Part shown: positions 13,771-26,396 of the stretch, one piece after another
Position numbering within the stretch: position 1 is the stretch's first letter
Layout of the letters: each line of letters starts with the position of its first letter
From: Laetmonice hystrix
Lineage: Eukaryota
Length of the DNA stretch: 64,000 nt
Direction: 5' to 3'
NCBI GenBank assembly: GCA_965235115.1
Contig: OZ249445.1
Location: 19,096,001 to 19,160,000, forward strand
The notes under the pieces: model-generated
The model's input: the letters and a program-made list of their open reading frames with translations, nothing else
Databases searched by the model: none
Told to the model about the DNA's origin: nothing
Made by a program: the position numbers and the translations under genes

Positions 13771-15603
13771 CCCAGTTAACTCATATCCTACCATTTTTGT
13801 CATGAAATACAGAAATAAACGAGAAAAACTATACTTTCAAGTGAACAAGCATGATGTATCTGATATTCTTCTAATTTTGCCTTACATGGCAAACACCTCA
13901 ATTTCCGAAACCATTGTCTAAGTAGACCCTATACCCCCCGGTACATGTACCATGACGTGTCTCATGTATATGAACACTCAAGGAGTTAATCTCCAGATAT
14001 CATTTTTCACTAAAGTGAACAGTAACTGCCACCATGTTATTGATATTCTGAATCTGAAGAAGCCTCGCCACTGTGGATGTCTTCTTCATCTTCTACTGAA
14101 TTTACGCGCTAAAAATATGTCCATCATTATAACATAGAAGATAATGAGCCTTTCAGTAGGATATGATAGGGGAAAACAGAGAGCGACATGCACTCTCTCC
14201 ACACAAATCAATATGACTGCCTTGATAACAATGACAATGACAAAATACATAACTTTCTATCAGTTAGGGCTTTGTGTTGGCTGTAGAAATTCTCATCTAC
14301 GTCATATAGCTTCATAATGAGTAGATCGACAATCAACCGAGGTTTATATTAAATATATCTGATATAATTTTAGAAATACTATACTACTACATATTCGAGC
14401 AATACTCACACATGCTACGGAGTCAACAATTTCACTTAGCGCACTTTCTTCACTGAGAAATCTACAACTTAAGTGACCATTCCTGTGCTACAGTTAACTG
14501 TCAGCAGGCCTATCATACTATTCAAATCCACAAGCAGACTACCCATGCACACCAATAGACATATTAAGTGACCATCTATATGGACACGTATCTATCCATA
14601 AATGCCCACATAACATGTGGGGGAGCTCAGGCTATTTGTACAGGTCTATATAATAAGCCTGTTTATGCTGAAGCAATGGGCGGTATTCGCTACGACTGCC
14701 AGCCCAAATTTCGTTTGGATTTAGCGAGTGCCACAGCCTGTTGGTGGTGGGTGTCCTATTTCAGGAAGTGATCTGCATCCCAATGTAACTGTGACGGATT
14801 TATGGGACAGCTCCATTTACGGTCTAGTCACCAGTTGACAGTAGACAACCAATAACTTATATTTTTCTGTGTCAACAATTTAAAAACCCCACGGCCCACT
14901 GAGGCTGAGAACTGCCGAACACACTGCAATTTTTCAAAATAACATTTACCATGTATGTTTTATTTCTCCCGAGCCTCAATATAACGCCCGCTCTATGTAA
15001 TCTCTCTATTGGGAAGTTCATTATGTAAAGTCCTTGGTGCATTCTGAATAATACTGTAACTCATCCGGGGTTTGAATGTATACAATGTATTTCAAAAGAT
15101 CCATACTTTGACGAAACTATTCCGCGTGGCCGACAATGAACCGACATTGTACTTATTATATAGAACCATTCTGTTGTGTTCGAAAGCAAAAACTCTGTGG
15201 ACCTCCGGATGCCACGTCCAACTCCCAACAATATGTTTCCATATAACCTGAGTTGCCTCATGCAATGTCATTCAGTCCGGGACAGGGACACATTCATGAC
15301 TGAAGGATTTTTTACAGCCTGGGCACCTGCTCCTGTACAGAACTGAACAAAAACTGTGCGCACGATTCCACCTGAAAACACCACTGTGACAATATCCCCC
15401 AACTACCAGTTTTTTAATCCTTCATTGATTAGCTCGAGGATATTGTAAGGGCCTATGTGTACTAACATCCTGGAGGGGATGATATATAAACCTGCCCCTC
15501 CAGCTTGGCTGTCAAAGTTTCACGTTACGAGTTCACCAATAGTTCACCAATACTAGTTCCTGCTCCATGTCACATCAAGGTTCCCACTATCAGGATGTCT
15601 CCA

Positions 15604-16805
15604 CTGTGAATGCTAGGTGCGGGTTTAAGGGACCAGTGGCAGCAATACACACAGATGTTTAATAACATCGCAACTAGTAACTGTTGTGTGTTGGACTGTG
15701 AATGCTAGGTGCGGGTTTAAGGGACCAGTGGCAGCAATACACACAGATGTTTAATAACATCGCAACTAGTAACTGTTGTGTGTTGGACTGTGAATGCTAG
15801 GTGCGGGTTTAAGGGACCAGTGGCAGCAATACACACAGATGTTTAATAACATCGGAGCTAGTAACTGTTGTGTGTTGGACTGTGAATGCTAGGTGCGGGT
15901 TTAAGGAAAGGGACCACTGGCAGCAATACACACAGATGTTTAATAACATCGGAGCTAGTAACTGTTGTGTGTTGGACTGTGAATGCTAGGTGCGGGTTTA
16001 AGGGACCAGTGGCAGCAATACACACAGATGTTAAATAACATCGGAGCTAGTAACTGTTGTGTGTTGGACTGTGAATGCTAGGTGCGGGTTTAAGGGACCA
16101 GTGGCAGCAATACACACAGATGTTTAATAACATCGGAGCTAGTAACTGTTGTGTGTTGGACTGTGAATGCTAGGTGCGGGTTTAAGGAAAGGGACCAGTG
16201 GCAGCAATACACACAGATGTTTAATAACATCGCAACTAGTAACTCTTGTGTGTTGGACTGTGAATGCTAGGTGCGGGTTTAAGTAAAGGGACCAGTGTCA
16301 GCAATACACACAGATGTTTAATAACATTAACTAAGTTATAGTAACTGTTGTGTGTTGGACTGTGAATGCTAGGTGCGGGTTTAAGGAAAGGGACCAGTGG
16401 CAGCAATACACACAGATGTTTAATAACATCGCAACTAGTAACTGTTGTGTGTTGGACTGTGAATGCTAGGTGCGGGTTTAAGGAACCAGTGGCAGCAATA
16501 CACACAGATGTTTAATAACATCGCAACTAGTAACTGTTGTGTGTTGGACTGTGAATGCTAGGTGCGGGTTTAAGGAAAGGGACCAGTGGCAGCAATACAC
16601 ACAGATGTTTAATAACATCGCAGCTAGTAACTGTTGTGTGTTGGACTGTGAATGCTAGGTGCGGGTTTAAGGAAAGGGACCAGTGTCAGCAATACACATC
16701 ACAGATGTTTAATAACATCGCAGCTAGTAACTCTTGTGTGTTGGACTGTGAATGCTAGGTGCGGGTTTAAGTAAAGGGACCAGTGTCAGCAATACACACA
16801 GATGT
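15604..16805. repeat. 92/97-bp minisatellite, about 13 copies
   Basis: Unit CTGTGAATGCTAGGTGCGGGTTTAAGGGACCAGTGGCAGCAATACACACAGATGTTTAATAACATCGCAACTAGTAACTGTTGTGTGTTGGA starts at 15604, 15696, 15788. The 97-bp variants carry an extra GAAAG-type insert. Confidence 0.97.
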
Positions 16806-17139
16806 ACATGTACATACTAATACATGACTGGTCTGGGTCAGGGAATGCACCATTATGCTGCAACCACTGCAAGCCTCCAACATCCCGACCATAAATCCAT
16901 TCCTGTGACCCAGTATACTGCCACTTGTTTGCGATTGTCAGCCTCCAGTGCGCCTCACGTGTGGCCCTGTAATAATCTCTGATTGTGCTAATTTGACAGT
17001 CGTAAAAACCCACAGAATGACAGTCTCCCGCAACAGGCTCGTCCTCCTCTGTGCTCTGAGGTCTAACAACACCGGTGAAAACAACCGCTGAGAGCCGGTC
17101 TTCACAGTGCACAGTCTTACCGACTTCTCAATCGGCATT

Positions 17140-17565
17140 ACCTGGGACCTATACAATACCAATCAAACACATCTAACCATTCGGAATCACCTATACGATA
17201 CCAATCAAACCCATCCAACCAATCGGCATCACAGGTATGCAATACCAATCAAACACATCCTCCAACCAATCGGCATCATCTATACAATAACAATCAAACA
17301 CATCCAACCAATCGGCATCACCTATACAATACCAATCAAACATCCAACCAATCGGCATCATCTATACAATACCAATCAAACCCATCCAACCAATCGGCAT
17401 CACTTATACAATACCAATCAAACCCATCCAACCAATCGGCATCACAGGTATACAATACCAATCAAACACATCCTCCAACCAATCAATACCAATCAAACAC
17501 ATCCTCTAACCAATCAATACCAATCAAACACATCCTCTAACCAATCGGCATCACCTATACAATAC
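17140..17565. repeat. Degenerate ~41-bp tandem repeat rich in CCAAT
   Basis: About 10 diverged units of TATACAATACCAATCAAACACATCCAACCAATCGGCATCAC. Confidence 0.85.
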
Positions 17566-19752
17566 TAATGAGACACATCTAACCAATTGCTATTGCCAGA
17601 TGGGCTGAGAATATTTCCTTGCATGATGTCACCGTAGATACGTTGGTCGTATTGCTGTCTCCGGGAGCCCGAGGCGTTAGACCGGTCGGTGTGGAGGAGA
17701 GAGCCTCAAGTCCGGGCCCGGCGGAATCATGTCGTGTGTCTCCTGTACCATCACCTTTCTGTACGCTCGTCATGCCTCCTGCCGTCATGCCCTTAATAAG
17801 ACATGAATCACACTACCTACCTCGGCCACTTTATACTAATAGGCTCACAAATTACATTATTCTCAAGTCAGCCTACATGCCTACATTATGATTTATCGGC
17901 CCGTCCAAATCTAGCACGTACACGTTCATTAAGTGTACATGCAGACCTCTCGACCTAACGCAGAGGAATGCAGCAGTGAGCTAACTCTGCATTATCGAAA
18001 TCCGACTGTGAGATAGGACAGTCCTATGATAGTATGTCTACATATAAATGTTTTGGGCCTGCATATTTAACTGGTCCCTTTTTCTATGAATGCTCAGTGC
18101 AGGTATTCAATCCTTCACGCCGGGGCCCCTGTTGTGACTGTAATCCTTTGAGCTGTCTATAGTTGCTCTGATATAATTGAAGGATATTCTGTTCAGATAT
18201 TATCTATGGTATGTCACGTATACCAGTGGCGTGCTGAGACTCCATTCACACGGATCAGTGCCAACAGACACTGAGCATTAATTACGGCACTCACACTTCT
18301 GAGCTGTAGATGTAGATGTAGATGATCAGAGTCAGACCTCATATATTACTGGCCTCATTTTGGGGGAGAACCCACTTGGAATTGTTAACATGCAATTCCT
18401 ATCTGTCCGCAGCCTCTCACTACGACAGCTAGCAGCAGCCAGCATGTCTTATACTGCCTTCTTCTAGACACTTCTAGACCTGTCTAACACGATCCAATCG
18501 CCATTCTTCACATTCACTTATTCGGCACCCACGTAATAACTTCTGTCGGCTCGTTTTGCACCATTATCTTCTTCGACGAGGACTATTTGGCCAAAAAGGA
18601 AAGAAAAAACCCTTGCAAAACGTTCACCCACATTTTAACATTTAAGCTGGGTTGATCTGGTTAATTACACAAAAAGAAAAGTACGTTGCATATTACAAAG
18701 AGTCGCCTAAGAGAAGACACGTCAATCAACGCCTATTTGCCTACACTTCTTAGCAAAAATAATAACGACTGGAAAATCCAAAAATGGCATTGCCAGAAAA
18801 GTTCTAATCCGCAAAATTTCTTTTACATGTCATTACTTTCAAACTGGCCCTCGCACATCACCGCCGCACTGCCCCTTAAGGCAGCCAAGCCAGACGATCA
18901 TTCTATCATCCGTTGGTCGGGAGAGATGGAGATGGAAATAGACCCAGCTTTGTCTGGTCCCTGCCGTCCAAGGCCACCGTTGGGGCCGTCTGGTGGTGGC
19001 CCAGTCAGAATTCCCGTAACCCAGCTCCCCATTTCCCGGCTGACTGACCCCATACACCGCCCGGGCCCTCCACCCCATAATCCGGACACCCACCGTCCCA
19101 CCGGCCAGCCCTGTGCCCACCTGTAATGCTATTAAAGGTGTGCTTAACATCTGAGCAGGCAACAGTCAGATCAGTTTACCTCGCACCTGGTCCATCTGCT
19201 GCGGACACAGCTTGCAAAGGCAAGGCTAGGGAAGATTTTTTTAAAACCTCGGGATAGGATATACTGTTGTGAATGGCACGTGGCGAAACGTGTCATATTT
19301 ACAGCCATGTGTTTCATCTCACGTGGGATTCAATCCCACCATTGCTAAACGTCCCTGAAAACCCTTAAACCGCTGCTGTCATTCAGAAAGATTACCAAAC
19401 TTTGGCATTTAACTATTACCAAACTTGGACCATTCCAAATATATTTCTGCACGTAAAGATAATATTTCTGTCCGACAGCATTCCCTGTGAAAACCCCTGC
19501 CTTAAAAGTCATTGTAATGTCAAGATTTTAAATATGGCATTCTGCAGAGAACTATTTACATAATTCTGCACGTTCAGGTGTCCTGGTTTATTCCAGGTTT
19601 ATTCCAAAGTGTTTTCCTCCTCCTCCTCCTGCAGCCTATAACCAACCCTGGTCTGGCGTCACCTGAACCAGAACCATGCACACTCACCCCCACATTCACA
19701 CCATTTGGAAGGGTATTACACACTAATCTTTTTAACCCGCTACTTCAAATGA

Positions 19753-19766
19753 GTTGCCATGGAAAC
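19753..19766. promoter_or_regulatory. RFX X-box motif
   Basis: GTTGCCATGGAAAC, an exact match to GTTNCCATGGNAAC. Confidence 0.55.
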
Positions 19767-20625
19767 AAGGCGCCGGCTACCCTCAGGTTGTCTGACAAGA
19801 ATATACGAGGAGAGGAGATTCCTTTTAGTTTGGTGGGATTGGGTTAGCTTGTCTTTCACACTGCTCGTACTGGACCCTGGCTTGTTTGACCAGTGGTCAT
19901 TTTACATCTCCAGGGATCAACTCCACTCAAGTGGGCCTAGACTGAGCATTGGCTCGGCCAAGTTTTCTGATCCATTGAATCTTTTTTTTCGCCATCATCC
20001 GGAATTTCATCTGGAGAAATTATTATCTGTAATAATCGATTTGTTAAATAACTGTTGCACATTTACCAACATGTTGTATTTATTTTTCAAACTCTAACTC
20101 TGACACAATACTCATGTTTAATGTTCTCATCTTTAAAAATGAATCCATCTGTAATCAATTAATCTATTTATTTAATCATTTTTCTATTTTGTGTTTGTTC
20201 GTAGGAAAATGTTCCGGGTTGGCACAAAACTAAAAATCTTTAAATCTTTGAACCCGTATCACGAACCAGGTACTGATGATGTTCTGGCAAAATCTCAAAT
20301 GCTGAAGTTGAATGAGGCTGTCAAACTCTAAAAAGTTACTCGGACTTTCGTGGTGATTTCGATAACTGTACATGTATGTAACGTCGGAAAAGAAATTAAG
20401 GAATTAAAATCAGAAGTGAGACACAACTCCAATCGCAGTCTGATGTGGCGAGACATATACAATAAGATAGATACCGACAGCGAATGATGAATGGCTCGGA
20501 TCGTGCAGGGAGCTAATTAAACCAGCGGACAGGCTGAAAACTTCCAATACACTGACCTGTCAACACAGGCGGCCACTTGACGGGTACGACGAGATGAACG
20601 AGAAACATTCAGTTCGGATCTATCA

Positions 20626-21560
20626 ACCTAGTAACATGCCAGCTTGTGTCGCCACCACCGCCTTATACATGGCGCGGAAAACCTAGTAACATGCCAGCTT
20701 GTGTCGCCACCACCGCCTTATACATGGCGCGGAAAACCTAGTAACATGCCAGCTTGTGTCGCCACCACCGCCTTATACATGGCGCGGAAAACCTAGTAAC
20801 ATGCCAGCTTGTGTCGCCACCACCGCCTTATACATGGCGCGGAAAACCTAGTAACATGCCAGCTTGTGTCGCCACCACCGCCTTATACATGGCGCGGAAA
20901 ACCTAGTAACATGCCAGCTTGTGTCGCCACCACCGCCTTATACATGGCGCGGAAAACCTAGTAACATGCCAGCTTGTGTCGCCACCACCGCCTTATACAT
21001 GGCGCGGAAAACCTAGTAACATGCCAGCTTGTGTCGCCACCACAGCCTTATACATGGCGCGGAAAACCTAGTAACATGCCAGCTTGTGTCGCCACCACCG
21101 CCTTATACATGGCGCGGAAAACCTAGTAACATGCCAGCTTGTGTCGCCACCACCGCCTTATACATGGCGCGGAAAACCTAGTAACACGCCAGCTTGTGTC
21201 GCCACCACCGCCTTATACATGGCGCGGAAAACCTAGTAACATGCCAGCTTGTGTCGCCACCACAGCCTTATACATGGCGCGGAAAACCTAGTAACATGCC
21301 AGCTTGTGTCGCCACCACCGCCTTATACATGGCGCGGAAAACCTAGTAACATGCCAGCTTGTGTCGCCACCACCGCCTTATACATGGCGCGGAAAACCTA
21401 GTAACATGCCAGCTTGTGTCGCCACCACCGCCTTATACATGGCGCGGAAAACCTAGTAACATGCCAGCTTGTGTCGCCACCACCGCCTTATACATGGCGC
21501 GGAAAACCTAGTAACATGCTAGCTTGTGTCGCCACCACCGCCTTATACATGGCGCGGAAA
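20626..21560. repeat. 55-bp minisatellite, 17 copies
   Basis: Unit ACCTAGTAACATGCCAGCTTGTGTCGCCACCACCGCCTTATACATGGCGCGGAAA. 935 bp equals 17 x 55, with only a few single-base variants. Confidence 0.98.
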
Positions 21561-24500
21561 ACGTCATAAAAACCTTTAATACATCCATGATAATATTCCG
21601 AAAATGGTTTCGGTCAGTACTTTGGTTGTTGGGAACCTTTAAGGTTAGTTTTCACGTGTCACACCAGGCGGGGACATCAGAATCCACTGCTATCATTCGG
21701 TTCCTACACGCCGCCCTCAATGTGTACAGAATGCCAGCCCCACATTTACACTCCAACCATAAAATCAATGCTTCATGTAACATCGCATTGCCAAGACCGT
21801 TAGTCGACAAGGTTTGATGACGCTGTAAACGGTCACCATCCATTTAATATTATACCCGACAACCTATACATTTGCCCGAACATCTTTTACCCACGCTCAA
21901 CAAAAGGTCATAACAAATTCAGCTGAATTCTTTACGCTCAATCCTTCAACCGGAATCCATCCTCCAGTTGCAGTACAAATATTATTACATACTGACAGTA
22001 GGATGGTCAAGGTTGTTTGCCTTTCTTCCTTGATGCTGCTGGTAATATACGTGTTTGGTGGCGGTAGTGGGAAACCTCTGTGAAATGTCATGACCTCCCA
22101 TCCAAGTATGTGACAAAGTTTAAATCTATATACACTTAAAAAAAACCTAGAAGTACAAATGTATCTATATGTCACGGTTTTGCGGCGGTGATATGAAATA
22201 TGATCCAGTAAGACTGTTTGTCCTTGCCCCCAGGACTTCCATTTGAAGGTAATACGATATGGATAAGAACTTGAATGTAACCATGACTGATACATCGTAT
22301 ATATATATATATGATCATTTATATTTTTTCCCCAATTTCGGCCCTACAGAATTTGTGGAAGGGGCAATATTTACAAAACAATGACGGCAGGAAAAAGAAT
22401 TACGGCATAAAACCATTTCAGAAAGGTTTTTACTCATGAAAATATCATATCTTTGAGAAAAAGTTTCTCACAGAAATGAACCGCTCTCTTTTTTTACGGG
22501 GAGTCGAAATCTTAATAAGAGGTTGCTGTTAAAGCCAGTCAGCGTATTTCCTAAGCCTGACTTATCCCCTTTCATTACATTCATGTCAAAGTCCCTCACG
22601 TGTTGGGACAAAGATAAGCTGAAATTGAAACAGAAAACCCTCTGTGAGCCCTTTTTCACAATCACATGTCTAACAATGAAACGCAAAGGCTAAAAGCAAT
22701 TACGTCAGGGGCTGAAAATCATCTCAAAATCAGTAATATCTCTACAGTCCAATGAATGTTTCGGCAAACAAATCAGTAATTTCTTTACAAAGATTCCCCA
22801 AAGGATTAACTCGGGGAGACAAGGGTGCCTGTCACAAGGATGAATTTCACATAGAGCAATTAAGTTCTGACAGCAGTTCTTTTATACATTTTTTGTCAAT
22901 GAAGACTACATGTAGTTATATTTTCTTAATGTCCTTGGCTCCATCCAGTATTGCCATATTTGACAAAGTTCTGTCGATACATTAGGCCAAATTTTTGAAG
23001 CCGATATCCTATCAGTTGTTACATCACCCTTTTGGCCAGCCAAACTGGTTCATGAAAGTCACATCTAAATGTGCTTAGAAATGAGTCTTTTTTTTTCACC
23101 TGTAGGTGCCCTTTCTTATCAACCCATCACCAAACAATCGCTGTTACGTTAAAGAGGCTCTGTTGCCCCGGAATGACCTCAAATGTTTGGTAAGAAAGAA
23201 CCAAAGCCAAACTCTCATTAGAGGGCTACCCAAGAGGCCCCTCAGGTACTGAGAAAGCAGACAGAAAAGCTGACCGTTGTAATGACAAAACATGTACTTT
23301 CCCTTGGGGAGTGCAATTGTCCACGCGTTCTACGGGGCAGAAAACCATAATTCAACAAGGATCGCCTTGCGCCATAAACGTCTGATAAATAGACTAGGCT
23401 ATCTTAATCTCAGTGCCATTTTTTTCTAGATTCATGTCCCACGTAGCATGCTAGTAGAAGTACTCAAATATTCACATATCATTTGATGGGGGATTGACTA
23501 GGGATTGCTCCCAGGCAGTGAAGTCCTATGTTGCATGCAAGGTAGTCATATAGGCGCCAGGACCGTGGGAGTGGCTATCACCCTGGGCTATCATTTGTCA
23601 TAATAGTAAATTAACTGCTTCGGGTTATGCACAAAATGGGTTTTGGAGACTCACCGCTGGAACAAAGGCCAATTCTGCTGCTCCGACATTACCTCAACGT
23701 CCAGAGGTTAAACCTGTGGTGTACTACTATACTGTCATACTAGCGTGTTCACTGCGGAAGTCTGTGTGTATGTATGGGGGGGGGGGGAGCTACATTTCTA
23801 TGTATCGACACCGTAAAGTTCTGAGCCAGCGTGAGAGTGACCCTTGCTACCGCTGTTCCTCTACGAGTGTCAACCTGATCACAATTATGACAAGCTGTTT
23901 ATGTTCATTCATAGGTTAGATACTCTTGGAACAACAAACAAATCGGAGAGAAAAGAACTTCACCACGGACTACCCTTCATGTCGCTCGTAGTCCGGAGTG
24001 ATACAACTGTAGAAGAAACTGGTCACGACTTCCTCTTCCAAACGGAAACACCAAGAGAAACAGACAAAAAAATCAAGAAAACTAACCCCGCTCCTTTCAT
24101 TACCAATAAACTAAACACGGCCGAGGGAGCAGTTTCACATTTGTTTGTCGTGTTCCCTCTCCTTCCCTTTTTCCCCCATAGGGCCCGTTGAGGTTGAGAG
24201 TAGAAGTCGGAACCCACAAAGCCCTCAGGGACGGCCGTTCAGCAAGGAACACCAACTAGTGCATTAACCCATATATCAGTCTGACACTGACACATTTTAA
24301 CCGCCATATGGCAGTCATTTCAACTCCCCTACAACTGCCATGGTCTCCACTTGATCTATTTGGTGTCAGAAAATATTGCAAGTTAGCGAAGACATCTGAC
24401 CACACTTTTCAACTGAGCTCGTTCGCTTCCTTTGGCTGTGGTCATAATTCTCACCAGAACATTTCTCTACGGGTCCGTAACACCGTCTAACCATCCTTCC

Positions 24501-25552
24501 CCAAAATAAAGTTTTGACCCATCTGCCACTTTGCCGATACTGGTTTTCGAGTTCCCAACAAGGGCCGGAACTTCTTGTACTGGCCATTTCATCAGGGTTG
24601 TTTTACTGCATGTTTCACAGATAGACGTTCAGAATTCGATGTGCCACACCGTGAGAACCCTTTAACTCGTTCACATTTAAACCTTGGCAGTCTTGAAATG
24701 CTCCCCTTTGACTCTAAAAAAAATAAGGGTATATTATCTACACCGCTCCTGGCAACGACTAAACAAAGAAATCGAAAACAAAGAAGAAATTCCTCCGTAT
24801 GGTTTTATAACCATAACAATTATACACTTATCCTGTGTCTTACTGACACGGTAAGAAACCGGTATTGAATAAGGTGCCACCGGGCATCATATTCATGATG
24901 AGTGCCACGCTCCATATGAAGAGCATCATTCTCTCTTTTCTTCATCCTGTTTTCATTCCAGCAGACTCAGGGTGTTCTTAGAATCAAAGGACCTCGGTAA
25001 CAGGAGTACATTATTCACTTTACACTCATGCTTCCTGACATTCAATATCCCTGTCACCAACGCAATATCATACACCCCCAACGCACCCCGTCACGACGGC
25101 CATTAAATGGTAACTATGGAAACACAGGAGCTATGTTTTTTTGGCCGTCAAATATATATGTTTGCTGGCTGCCTGACAGTTTTAATAACATTAAAAATCC
25201 TGCTGGTGGCGTTCAACTATTGTAATATAGTCAATAGGACCCTTTGAACGTGATACAGTTTTATGCTACGTCATCAACGCTAAAATCTGATGACGTAAAT
25301 GATACAAACAATCTTTATCAAACGTACTGTAGTAGGAAATAATTTACCACTGTAAAAACATCTTCTCTGAAAGTAATGGCGGGAGAGCTATCTTATACTA
25401 CCTTATACAGAGTCGGAGGGAAATCCTCCTGCCTCAGGCTTGTAAGCAACTCAGATAGCATCTGTCTTATACAGTGTCCACACTGAGAAAGCTATAGACG
25501 GCTACCTACCAGTTAGACAAGGGTAACTTTTTACTACCCTGGTTTACCTGTA

Positions 25553-26396
25553 TACAGAAATACACACCCACCACTCCCTGTGCTACCTGATTACGACACC
25601 TTATGCTATGCGAATGGGTGCAGTAATCTTAGGGCCTGGGTTCGATTCCTGTAGAGGACTATACAACTTTTCTCTTTAGGGACATTGTCAAAGTAATTGG
25701 GTTACCCCTGATGCCCGTGCATTTCAAAAGAAAAATACAGAAATACACACCCACCACTCCCTGTGCTACCTGATTACTACAGAAATACACACCCACCACT
25801 CCCTGTGCATGGATGTCGACACCTTATGCTATGCGAATGGGTGCAGTAATCTTAGGGCCTGGGTTCGATTCCTGTAGAGGACTATACAACTTTTCTCTTT
25901 AGGGACATTGTCAAAGTAATTGGGTTACCCCTGATGCCCGTGCATTTCAAAAGAAAAAAAAAAAAAAAAAAAAAAATACAGAAATACACACCCACCACTC
26001 CCTGTGCTACCTGATTACACCTTATGCTATGCGAATGGGTGCAGTAATCTTAGGGCCTGGGTTCGATTCCTGTAGAGGACTATACAACTTTTCTCTTTAG
26101 GGACATTGTCAAAGTAATTGGGTTACCCCTGATGCCCGTGCATTTTTCAAAAGAAAAATACAGAAATACACACCCACCACTCCCTGTGCTACCTGATTAC
26201 TGCATGGATGTCGACACCTTATGCTATGCGAATGGGTGCAGTAATCTTAGGGCCTGGGTTCGATTCCTGTAGAGGACTATACAACTTTTCTCTTTAGGGA
26301 CATTGTCAAAGTAATTGGGTTACCCCTGATGCCCGTGCATTTCAAAAAGAAAAATACAGAAATACACACCCACCACTCCCTGTGCTACCTGATTAC
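25553..26396 (+). mobile_element. Tandem concatemer of four 5'-truncated tRNA-type SINE copies (family A) separated by a 42-bp flank
   Basis: Each body has B box GGGTTCGATTCC (25638, 25861, 26059, 26256) and ends GATGCCCGTGC plus an A-rich tail. A diverged inverted copy with an A box is at 57784-57957. Confidence 0.85.

Noticed and set aside
17107-17568. 153-aa ORF (TNQTHPTNRHH repeats)
   Set aside because: It is a translation of the ~41-bp degenerate repeat.
15670-20640. CTAGTAAC shared by the 92-bp and 55-bp monomers
   Set aside because: An 8-bp match between units of this size is expected by chance fairly often.
25553-26396. tRNA gene cluster or CRISPR-like array
   Set aside because: Units have a T-loop/B-box but no A box or cloverleaf and end in A-tails. 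The intervening sequences are identical rather than unique spacers, and there are no cas genes.
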